The notes below the pieces were generated by a model. It was not told the DNA's origin. It ran no database searches and was given only the letters and a program-made list of their open reading frames with translations. Made by a program: the position numbers and the translations under genes. A stretch of DNA of 32,000 bases from assembly GCA_047651235.1 (NCBI GenBank), contig CP178758.1, positions 570,001-602,000 of the forward strand, in the 5' to 3' direction. This stretch comes from Candidatus Electrothrix yaqonensis. Its GTDB lineage: Bacteria; Desulfobacterota; Desulfobulbia; Desulfobulbales; Desulfobulbaceae. Below are positions 24,164 through 31,343 of this stretch, piece by piece. Position 1 is the first letter of the stretch. Each line of letters opens with the position of its first letter.

Positions 24164-24844
24164 ATGCTCAACCTCTCCCCCGACGACATCCAGGCCATCA
24201 AACTCTCCCTGCAGGTGGCAGTCACCGCGACCGTGATTGCCCTGCCGCCCGGCTTTGCCGTGGCCTACCTCCTTGCCCTGAGTAACATGCGGGGCAAGGC
24301 CCTGCTGGAGGGTCTGATCAATCTGCCTCTGGTTCTGCCCCCGGTGGTGACCGGTTACCTGCTCCTCCTGCTCTTCGGGCGTAAGGGCTGGCTCGGACAG
24401 CTGCTGAATCTGTTCGACTTTCGTATCATCTTTACCCTGCGCGGTGCCGTCATCGCCTCGGCCGTGGTTGGCTTTCCCTTGCTGGTCCGCTCCATCCGTA
24501 TCGGCATGGAGGGCATTGACCGCCAGTACATCCAGGCATCCAGAACTTTGGGCGCAAAATGGTGGGACACCCTGTTCACCATCACCGTGCCCCTGTGCAG
24601 CCGGGCCATCCTCGCAGGCATGACCCTGATGTTTGCCCGCAGCCTCGGTGAATTCGGCGCAACCATCGTGCTGGCCGGTAATATCCCCGGTATCACCCAG
24701 ACCATCCCGCTGGCCATTTACGAGTACACCAGCACGCCGGGCGGCGACAGCATGGCCTTGTCCCTCTGCCTGATCTCCATCCTGCTCTCCTTTGCTATTC
24801 TCCTGATCGGCGAGGCAGCCAACCGCACCCTGGCAAGGAGGTAG
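24164..24844 (+). CDS. modB: Molybdate ABC transporter permease
   Basis: 226 aa, collinear with E. coli ModB (GKALLEGLINLPLVLPPVVTGYLLLLLFGRKGWLG; EAA-loop region ASRTLGA..TITVPL). Confidence 0.9.
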   Translation: MLNLSPDDIQAIKLSLQVAVTATVIALPPGFAVAYLLALSNMRGKALLEGLINLPLVLPPVVTGYLLLLLFGRKGWLGQLLNLFDFRIIFTLRGAVIASAVVGFPLLVRSIRIGMEGIDRQYIQASRTLGAKWWDTLFTITVPLCSRAILAGMTLMFARSLGEFGATIVLAGNIPGITQTIPLAIYEYTSTPGGDSMALSLCLISILLSFAILLIGEAANRTLARR

Positions 24845-24847
24845 GCG

Positions 24848-25912
24848 ATGCTGCTGGAAGTCGATGTGACCAAGAACTTTCCCGGCATCACCTGTCATGC
24901 TGCCTTTTCCCTGAACAACAAACAATGCGGGGTCTTCGGGCCGTCAGGCAGCGGCAAATCCACCCTTATGCACATGCTGGCCGGGCTGCTGGAACCGGAC
25001 AGCGGCTTTATCCGCCTCAACGGGCGCACTCTGTTTGACGATAAGCAGAAGATCAGCCTGCCGCCGGACAGACGCCGGGTGGGGGTGGTCTTTCAGCATG
25101 CCCATCTTTTCCCACACATGAGTGTAAAGCGAAACCTATTCTACGGCATGAACCGGCTTTCCAAGGAGGAGCGCGCTATTGACCCAGATCATCTGATCAG
25201 GGTTCTGCAAATCGACAAGTTGCTGTCCCGCAACGTGACCAAGCTCTCCGGCGGTGAGCGGCAGCGGGTGGCCCTGGGCCGTACTATCCTGGCCAATCCC
25301 CAGCTCATCCTGCTGGACGAACCACTCTCTGGTCTGGACGGTACCCTGAAATATCAGATCATCCCCCAGCTCCAGCAGGTCTTTGCCGAGTTTTCCATTC
25401 CCATGCTCTTTATCAGCCATAGCCTCCAGGAGCTGCGTATGATGACCGAGGAAGTATTGGTGATGCGACAAGGCAAGCTGGAGCAGCAGCTGGCCACAGA
25501 GGAACTTGCCCGGACCAGCTTCGGCACTGGCGGGCAGGGATATACCAATCTCCTGCATTTGGAGGATATGGAAGATCTGGGGAAGCTGCTCAGCTGCCGC
25601 TGGGGTGAGCTGCCTATGATGCTGGTCAAGGTCCCGGATCAGCGTCCCGGCGAATTCTCTCTGAACGGGCGGGACATCATCCTGTTCAAGAAACACCCGG
25701 ATGCCTCCAGTGCCCGGAATATGCTCTCCTGCACTGTGCGTCGAACCTATGAGACAGACTGGCTGGTCGGGGTTGAGCTGGAATGCCGGGGCTGTCAGGG
25801 GCAGAGCCTGATTGCGGAGATTGTGCCGCAGTCGGTTGATGAGCTGGACATCCGACCAGGAAGCGAGGTGGTGGCGGTGTTTAAGGCTTCAGCCTTTCGG
25901 AGGCTGTACTGA
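24848..25912 (+). CDS. modC: Molybdate ABC transporter ATP-binding protein
   Basis: Walker A GPSGSGKST, RRVGVVFQHAHLFPHMSV, signature LSGGERQRVALGR, Walker B LILLDEPLS. A C-terminal TOBE/Mop-like domain is present. 354 aa, like E. coli ModC. Confidence 0.88.
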   Translation: MLLEVDVTKNFPGITCHAAFSLNNKQCGVFGPSGSGKSTLMHMLAGLLEPDSGFIRLNGRTLFDDKQKISLPPDRRRVGVVFQHAHLFPHMSVKRNLFYGMNRLSKEERAIDPDHLIRVLQIDKLLSRNVTKLSGGERQRVALGRTILANPQLILLDEPLSGLDGTLKYQIIPQLQQVFAEFSIPMLFISHSLQELRMMTEEVLVMRQGKLEQQLATEELARTSFGTGGQGYTNLLHLEDMEDLGKLLSCRWGELPMMLVKVPDQRPGEFSLNGRDIILFKKHPDASSARNMLSCTVRRTYETDWLVGVELECRGCQGQSLIAEIVPQSVDELDIRPGSEVVAVFKASAFRRLY

Positions 25913-26274
25913 TCGGCAAAGTTCTGTATCCGCCGCCTTATTTTGCTTCCTCCTGCTTCGTCTTTTTTCCCTGCCCATACTGTTGTGAATATATGGGGCG
26001 TGGTGAAAAGAAACCGGGCTCGCGCAGAGCACGTACCCGGTGGAAAATTGACTATAAAAAGTATGTTTTTCAGACAGCTTCTGAAGCGGCTGAATTCATC
26101 TGGAATCAACCGGTTGTAGGAGTGTCCACCGAGAGACACCCCGCAAGGGACCGCAGTTTCGCAGGGTTTTTAAAACAGCTTCTAACATCTTAACACCCCG
26201 GAATCCATTATGAACAAAAATGTATACATTGACCGACTGCTGCATCAGACGGAGAAATCTGCTCGATATAGCTC

Positions 26275-27561
26275 ATGATTCCTGTTTATAATTTTTTACT
26301 CACCGTTCTCGGTCTGCTCCTGCTGCCGTTGCTTCTTCCCGTCGTTCTGGGACGGGCAAAATATCGCGGCCGCATTCTGGAACGGCTGGGCCTGAAAACA
26401 GAGCGGATCAGAGAGCAGCTCGGTTCTTTCGGCAGCAGACCGGTTATCTGGATTCATGCCTTGTCTGTGGGAGAGGTCACCTCGGCCCTGCCGCTGGCCA
26501 GAACCCTGCGCCGGGACATGGATTCCGCCGTGCTTGTCTTTACCACCGCAACAAGCAGCGGCCGAAAGATCGCGGAATCCCTGATCGCCCCCTATGCCGA
26601 CCTTGTCTGCTCCGGTCCTCTGGACCTCCGCTTTGCTGTCCGGCGTTACCTTGCCGCCATCCGGCCGAATCTGTTCATTCTGGTGGAAACGGATTTCTGG
26701 CCCAACTGGCTCGATCTGCTGAACCGACGAAACATCCCGGCAATGCTGGTCAACGGCCGCATCTCGGAAAAGTCCTTTATCCGGTACACCAGATTTTCTT
26801 TCTTTTTCCGACCGCTGTTCCGCTGTTTTGCTCTGCTTTCCATGCAGACGGCAGAAGACCGTAGAAAAATGATTGCCCTTGGTGTTCCTGCCGACCGGGT
26901 CATGACGCTGGGCAATCTAAAATACGACATGGAACCCCCTGTCCCGGAACGCATGAACTTCACGCATTCCACTTTGCTTGAGGAAAAACGTATCTGGGTC
27001 TGCGGCTCGACCCATCCCGGCGAGGAGGAGCTGCTTTTTGCCGCTTTCAGAGATCGCCGAAATGCGACTTCTCCTTCGCGGGATAATTCTTTTCTGATCC
27101 TTGCTCCCCGCAATATAGATCGGGGCGATGAACTCGTTGCGCTGGCCCGCAGATTCGGTCTTGATGCCTCCACCCGCAGCAGCGGAGCAGAACACGGCAA
27201 TGTGCTGATCCTCAATACCCTCGGTGAGCTGGCTGCCTGCTACAGGCTCGCCGATTTTGCTTTTGTCGGGGGCAGCCTTGTCAGAGAGGGCGGACATAAT
27301 CCCATTGAACCGGCCATACATGGCGTGCCGGTGCTGTTCGGTCCGCACATGGAAGACTTTGCCGAAATTGCCTTGGAACTGGTTGCCTGCGGCGGAGCGC
27401 AGGCGGTGACTGCGGAATCACTGACTGAGGCTGCGTCCGCTCTGTTTGCTGATGAAAAAAAACGGGCTGTTATGGGAACAGCGGCAAGAAATCTGGTGGA
27501 GCAGCATCGCGGCGGTGTGCTGCGGCATGTGCAGGTGATCAGGGAGCTGATAGGAGATTAA
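26275..27561 (+). CDS. waaA: 3-deoxy-D-manno-octulosonic acid (Kdo) transferase
   Basis: 428 aa. An N-terminal membrane anchor is followed by WIHALSVGEV. The C-terminal GGSLV..GGHNPIEPA motif is typical of WaaA/KdtA. Confidence 0.9.
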   Translation: MIPVYNFLLTVLGLLLLPLLLPVVLGRAKYRGRILERLGLKTERIREQLGSFGSRPVIWIHALSVGEVTSALPLARTLRRDMDSAVLVFTTATSSGRKIAESLIAPYADLVCSGPLDLRFAVRRYLAAIRPNLFILVETDFWPNWLDLLNRRNIPAMLVNGRISEKSFIRYTRFSFFFRPLFRCFALLSMQTAEDRRKMIALGVPADRVMTLGNLKYDMEPPVPERMNFTHSTLLEEKRIWVCGSTHPGEEELLFAAFRDRRNATSPSRDNSFLILAPRNIDRGDELVALARRFGLDASTRSSGAEHGNVLILNTLGELAACYRLADFAFVGGSLVREGGHNPIEPAIHGVPVLFGPHMEDFAEIALELVACGGAQAVTAESLTEAASALFADEKKRAVMGTAARNLVEQHRGGVLRHVQVIRELIGD

Positions 27562-27625
27562 GTGTTGAGTGTTCTCACATCATTTAATTGACGGGCTATT
27601 CTGCAGCAGCAGGTTGCCGGGCATA

Positions 27626-27654
27626 TTGCAGATATTGCTCCTTTCCTGTAAGGT
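27626..27654 (+). promoter_or_regulatory. Candidate sigma70-type promoter for the 27703-29750 gene pair
   Basis: TTGCAG (27626-27631), a 17-nt spacer, then TAAGGT (27649-27654). GGAGG at 27690-27694 serves as the RBS for the ATG at 27703. Confidence 0.2.
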
Positions 27655-27702
27655 ATGAGGTGCTGTGCAATCTATGTGTAATCTCTGCTGGAGGAAAATA
27701 TT

Positions 27703-28098
27703 ATGGAACCCGTTATTGCAACGGCAATCATCAGCGGTATTCTCTGCGGCGCAACCACCGGTGCCGGTACTGTCGCGACAACAGAGCTGGTCGATGCCTA
27801 CAGGAGGCTCAGAGGTATGCTGCAGAAAAAATTTGGTGAGGACAGCATTCTGCTGCGCTCCATCGGCACCCTGGAGAAGCGGCCTGAATCAAAGGCGAAG
27901 CAGGACGGCGTCGTGGAAGATGTTGCCGAAGCCGAGGCGGACAAGGATGCCGAGCTTGTCAAGGCGGCTGAGGATTTGCTGGCAGAAGTGAAAAAGCAGG
28001 AGGGTGGCGAAGAAGCTGTTCGGCAGATCGTCAATCAGCAGGTAACCGGAGACAGTAATATTTTTTCCGGTACCGGTAATGTGACGGTCACAAAATGA
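27703..28098 (+). CDS. Small Bell-like protein: N-terminal hydrophobic Gly/Ala/Thr-rich helix, helical middle, C-terminal G/N/S-rich amyloid-type motif
   Basis: 131 aa with a good RBS. The N-terminus is MEPVIATAIISGILCGATTGAGTVATT. The C-terminus IVNQQVTGDSNIFSGTGNVTVTK (28027-28095) is echoed at the N-terminus of the next protein. Its stop overlaps the next start (ATGA at 28095-28098). Confidence 0.75.
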   Translation: MEPVIATAIISGILCGATTGAGTVATTELVDAYRRLRGMLQKKFGEDSILLRSIGTLEKRPESKAKQDGVVEDVAEAEADKDAELVKAAEDLLAEVKKQEGGEEAVRQIVNQQVTGDSNIFSGTGNVTVTK

Positions 28099-29750
28099 CG
28101 GGCGAAAAGATTGATCAGAACGTTGACGGCAAAGGGAATGCTTTTTCCGGCAGTGGGCCTGTGACCGTTAATAATATCACGAAGAATTATTACCCTCCTG
28201 AGAAGCCCTCCTCAACAACGAATGATCCTTCCGAATTAGCCCCTCTCTTCGGCGTACCCAATCTCCCACCGCGCTATCTGGAGCGACCCGAATACCTTGA
28301 TCCCTTCCGCGAGGCCCTGCTTTCCAGGGAAACAGAGGCGGTCGGGATTACCGGCAGGTCGCAGTATATCGGCGTGCAGGGAATGGGCGGGCTGGGCAAG
28401 TCGGTGCTTGCAGCGGCTTTGGCTTGGGATGAAGAGGTGCGCCGTACCTTCCCGGACGGTATCTTCTGGTTGCGTTTCGGGCAGGAGATGGATGAGGCCG
28501 GGGTGCTGGAGCTGCAAAAGGAAATCCTGCTGGTGCTTGCCCCGGACAGCCTGCCGGAGTCTCCGGCTCAAGGGCGAAACCTCCTCAATCTTGCCTTGCA
28601 GGGAAAACGCTGTCTGCTCATAGCCGATGATCTCTGGGAGAGCAGCCAGCTCAACCCGTTTGATCTTGCCGACTCCGGTTCTCGTTTTCTCCTCACTACC
28701 CGCAATAACGAGGTCATCCAGGAAACAGGCGCACACCGATGCGAACTGGAACTGCTCTCGGACAAGCAAGCACGGGAGCTGCTGGCAAAATGCTCCGGCT
28801 TTGCTGGGAAGGATCTGCCTGAAGAGGCGGAAGCAATCCTGCGGGAATGCGGTCGTCTCCCCTTGGCTGTGGCAGCCATCGGCAGCATGGTAAATGGCAA
28901 GGGGCGTAGTCGCTGGCAGTTGGCCTTGGACAAGCTGGAAAATGCCCGGCTGGATAAGATCCCGGCCAAATTTGATCGCTACAGCGGCTATGAAAACCTG
29001 TTCAAGGTCTTTCAGGTCAGTGTGGAAGACCTGCCGCCCGAGGTGCAGGACTATTTCAAAACGTTGATTGTCTTTGCAGAAGATACCGAGATACCCGAAT
29101 CTGTGCTTCAACTCTATTGGGAGCATATTGGTCAGGGGGAGTATGAGCCGCTGGAGGCGGTTGATTTGCTGGTGCAGCGGTCTTTGCTTAGTCCTGCCAA
29201 GAATGAGTCGTTTACCCTCCATGATTTGCTGCGTGATTACCTTGTCTTTCAGGCTGACGGTGAGGTTGCCGAGCTGCATAAACAACTACTGGAGGCATAT
29301 AAAGCTGCTTATCCTGACGGCTGGCATACGATCACAGATACCGATTCTTTCTACTTTGAAAAAAACTGGATGTATCATGCAGAAAAAGCTCAAGCAAAAG
29401 TTGATCTTGTTAAAGAGATAACAGCTGACTTTATTGATAATAATCCTCTTGAACATCTTCCTGGATTATCTGCACCATTGAATGGTATTGATGGATTATT
29501 TCGAGAGGATCACCCGGAAGCTATAGCTCGCATGTTGAATTTGAATAAAAAGAGTGATAAAGAAACTGTGAGCAACATTCTCGCTGAAGATCCAGCTACA
29601 AAGGAAATACAGCAATTGAGGAAAGAGTATGACAGTAACGTATTAGCATTGCGTGATGTGTTTAAGCAGTTGCCTACTGAGAAGCAAGAGCTACTAAGAA
29701 ATCTTGATCCAACTATACCTTTTTTTAAAGAAAAAAAATCAGATGAATAA
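28095..29750 (+). CDS. NB-ARC (STAND/NLR-like) NTPase with an N-terminal short motif matching the upstream protein; no repeat-type sensor domain
   Basis: 551 aa. The N-terminus is KIDQNVDGKGNAFSGSGPVTV (28107-28169). The NB-ARC motifs are Walker A GMGGLGKS (28380-28403), Walker B CLLIADDLW, RNBS-B-like RFLLTTRN and GLPL-like CGRLPLAV. A winged-helix-like FTLHDLLRDY follows. The C-terminal ~150 aa have no TPR/WD/LRR pattern. Confidence 0.85.
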   Translation: MTGEKIDQNVDGKGNAFSGSGPVTVNNITKNYYPPEKPSSTTNDPSELAPLFGVPNLPPRYLERPEYLDPFREALLSRETEAVGITGRSQYIGVQGMGGLGKSVLAAALAWDEEVRRTFPDGIFWLRFGQEMDEAGVLELQKEILLVLAPDSLPESPAQGRNLLNLALQGKRCLLIADDLWESSQLNPFDLADSGSRFLLTTRNNEVIQETGAHRCELELLSDKQARELLAKCSGFAGKDLPEEAEAILRECGRLPLAVAAIGSMVNGKGRSRWQLALDKLENARLDKIPAKFDRYSGYENLFKVFQVSVEDLPPEVQDYFKTLIVFAEDTEIPESVLQLYWEHIGQGEYEPLEAVDLLVQRSLLSPAKNESFTLHDLLRDYLVFQADGEVAELHKQLLEAYKAAYPDGWHTITDTDSFYFEKNWMYHAEKAQAKVDLVKEITADFIDNNPLEHLPGLSAPLNGIDGLFREDHPEAIARMLNLNKKSDKETVSNILAEDPATKEIQQLRKEYDSNVLALRDVFKQLPTEKQELLRNLDPTIPFFKEKKSDE

Positions 29751-29795
29751 CAAGCAGAGGCGGATCGTTTTCTGCCTATTACGAGATAGAAAAAA

Positions 29796-29945
29796 CCAGA
29801 TTTTTTTCTGCCTCAAAATAGACTTGATCCGCCTTTACCCAGCCACACCCTAGAAAAACCCAGAAACCGCCTGGATTCAACCCAGAAAAAATAAGGAAAA
29901 AGCCAGAACAACTCTAGCTCAACCCAGGCCTTTGCTGCTTTAAAA
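29796..29945 (+). repeat. Phased array of degenerate ~21-bp units, each beginning A(C/G)CCAG
   Basis: CCAG occurs at 29796, 29839, 29860, 29882, 29903 and 29924, giving spacings of 43, 21, 22, 21 and 21 nt. Most copies sit in an A-rich context (ACCCAGAAA). TTTTCTGCCT is also duplicated, at 29768-29777 and 29804-29813. Confidence 0.6.
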
Positions 29946-30022
29946 TACAAAAAATCTATACCCAACGATCATAATCTTCATCAAGAATCTCAAAAGAGTT
30001 CGAGAAAAATAAGGAGATCCCC

Positions 30023-30622
30023 ATGCCAATTCCTCAGCAAGAACCGCAACAGCAGATCAGCGAACAGGAATACCTGAACGGTGAACTCCTCAGTGAGGTG
30101 AAACACGAATTCATTGACGTTGCTGTTTACGCAATGGCAGGGGCCAGCGCTGACCACGGCAGAATAGCGGGCAACCTTTTTGCCGCCTTCCTGCGCCATC
30201 TTCAGGAACGGAAGTCACCGTGCGAGCCTTTCCTGGCTGATATGAAAGTGAAGACCGGCAACAAGTTCTTTTACCCGGATGTGCTTATCTCCTGTGAACA
30301 GGAAGAAAATGACTACTACCGCAATGCCCCTCTGCTCATTGTCGAGGTAGTCTCCCGATCGACCCGTAAAAAGGACAACACGCTCAAACGGCTATCTTAT
30401 CAGACGCTTCCCAGCCTGGAAGAATACGTTTTGATTGAGCAGGATTTTGTCGATATTGAGGTCTGTCGAAGGAGTAAGCACTGGTGGCCTGAACATTATT
30501 ATCTCGGTGACACAGTGCATTTCTCTTCCATTGACCTGACCCTGTCTGTCGAGGAAATTTATGCACGAGTCATGAATGATGATATGCAGGCGTACAGGAA
30601 AAATACAACACCCCATAAGTAA
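30023..30622 (+). CDS. Uma2 family (DUF820) PD-(D/E)XK-like endonuclease
   Basis: AAGGAG lies 8 nt upstream of the ATG. KHEFIDVAVYAMAGASADHGRIAGNL...YPDVLISC...PLLIVEVVSRST...D...K...Y...LEEYVLIEQD matches the Uma2 pattern. Confidence 0.8.
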   Translation: MPIPQQEPQQQISEQEYLNGELLSEVKHEFIDVAVYAMAGASADHGRIAGNLFAAFLRHLQERKSPCEPFLADMKVKTGNKFFYPDVLISCEQEENDYYRNAPLLIVEVVSRSTRKKDNTLKRLSYQTLPSLEEYVLIEQDFVDIEVCRRSKHWWPEHYYLGDTVHFSSIDLTLSVEEIYARVMNDDMQAYRKNTTPHK

Positions 30623-30641
30623 TAACCCAACAGGAGGTACA

Positions 30642-31268
30642 ATGCACTATGCCCGGATAATCCTCACCCTAACCCTTGCCTTCCTTGTCCTGGCAGGCCC
30701 TAGGCCCTCCACAGCCGAGGAGGAATTTGTCACCGCCCTGACCGGCAAGTTTCCACCCTTCAGCTATTACGATAAGCAAGGGAACCTTGCCGGTTTTGAC
30801 GTGGACGTGAGCCGGGAAATCGCTCGGCGGATCAACCGCAAATCCCGCATCATCGCCACGGAATGGGACGGCATTCTGGCAGGCCTGCTGGCCGAGAAAT
30901 ACGACGCCATCATCGGCTCAATGGCCATCACCCCTGCCCGGCAGGAGAGCGTAGATTTTTCCACGCCCTATTACCATTCCGGGGCACAGCTCTTCATCCA
31001 CCGCGATAACCCGGACAAGGTCTACTCCATTGAGGAGTGCAAGGGATTAGCCATTGCCGTGGTCCTGGGAGAGACCTACCAGCATTTTCTCGAAGAAAGG
31101 TTCCCGGATATCCAGGTGGTCACCCTCAAGTCAGCAGCCGAGATCTTTGCCATGCTGGAGCAGAAGCGGATCACCGGTTTTGTCACGGATCGGCTGGTCG
31201 GGGCCTGGCAAGTCAAGGGCAACGGGCTGCTCTACCGGATGCCAGTCTTTCAGCAGGATTATTCCTGA
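30642..31268 (+). CDS. Amino-acid ABC transporter substrate-binding protein (SBP_bac_3), probably 3'-truncated
   Basis: ATG at 30642 follows AGGAGG (30632-30637). A signal peptide MHYARIILTLTLAFLVLAGP is present. FPPFSY...GFDVDVSREIARR...EWDGILAGLLAEKYDAIIGSMAITPARQESVDFSTPYY are family motifs. The ORF ends at ~209 aa, before the usual C-terminal ~40-50 aa. Confidence 0.7.
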   Translation: MHYARIILTLTLAFLVLAGPRPSTAEEEFVTALTGKFPPFSYYDKQGNLAGFDVDVSREIARRINRKSRIIATEWDGILAGLLAEKYDAIIGSMAITPARQESVDFSTPYYHSGAQLFIHRDNPDKVYSIEECKGLAIAVVLGETYQHFLEERFPDIQVVTLKSAAEIFAMLEQKRITGFVTDRLVGAWQVKGNGLLYRMPVFQQDYS

Positions 31269-31343
31269 TTACTCGACGAGCGGGATGACCTCCGGCACGT
31301 AAACTCGCAAACAATCTGTTCCTCAAACGCGCAACAGAAACAT

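Noticed and set aside
24107-24925. 272-aa ORF on the minus strand (Gly/Asp/Gln/His-rich)
   Set aside because: It is the antisense shadow of modB and the start of modC, and its composition is biased. modB is collinear with E. coli ModB on the + strand.
25993-26193. 66-aa ORF in the modC-waaA intergenic region, and the possibility of a Moco riboswitch near the mod genes
   Set aside because: The ORF has no RBS and a basic, low-complexity product. The region lies downstream rather than upstream of the mod genes, and I could not see the Moco RNA conserved cores.
26210-26278. 22-codon upstream ORF (MNKNVYIDRLLHQTEKSARYSS) whose TGA overlaps the waaA ATG (ATGA)
   Set aside because: No Shine-Dalgarno sequence precedes it, conservation cannot be judged, and it is short enough to arise by chance. 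It would be worth revisiting only if ribosome profiling shows occupancy.
28236-29285. 349-aa ORF on the minus strand
   Set aside because: It is the antisense shadow of the NB-ARC gene, whose + frame carries unmistakable Walker A/B and GLPL-like motifs. I recognise no motifs in the minus-frame product.
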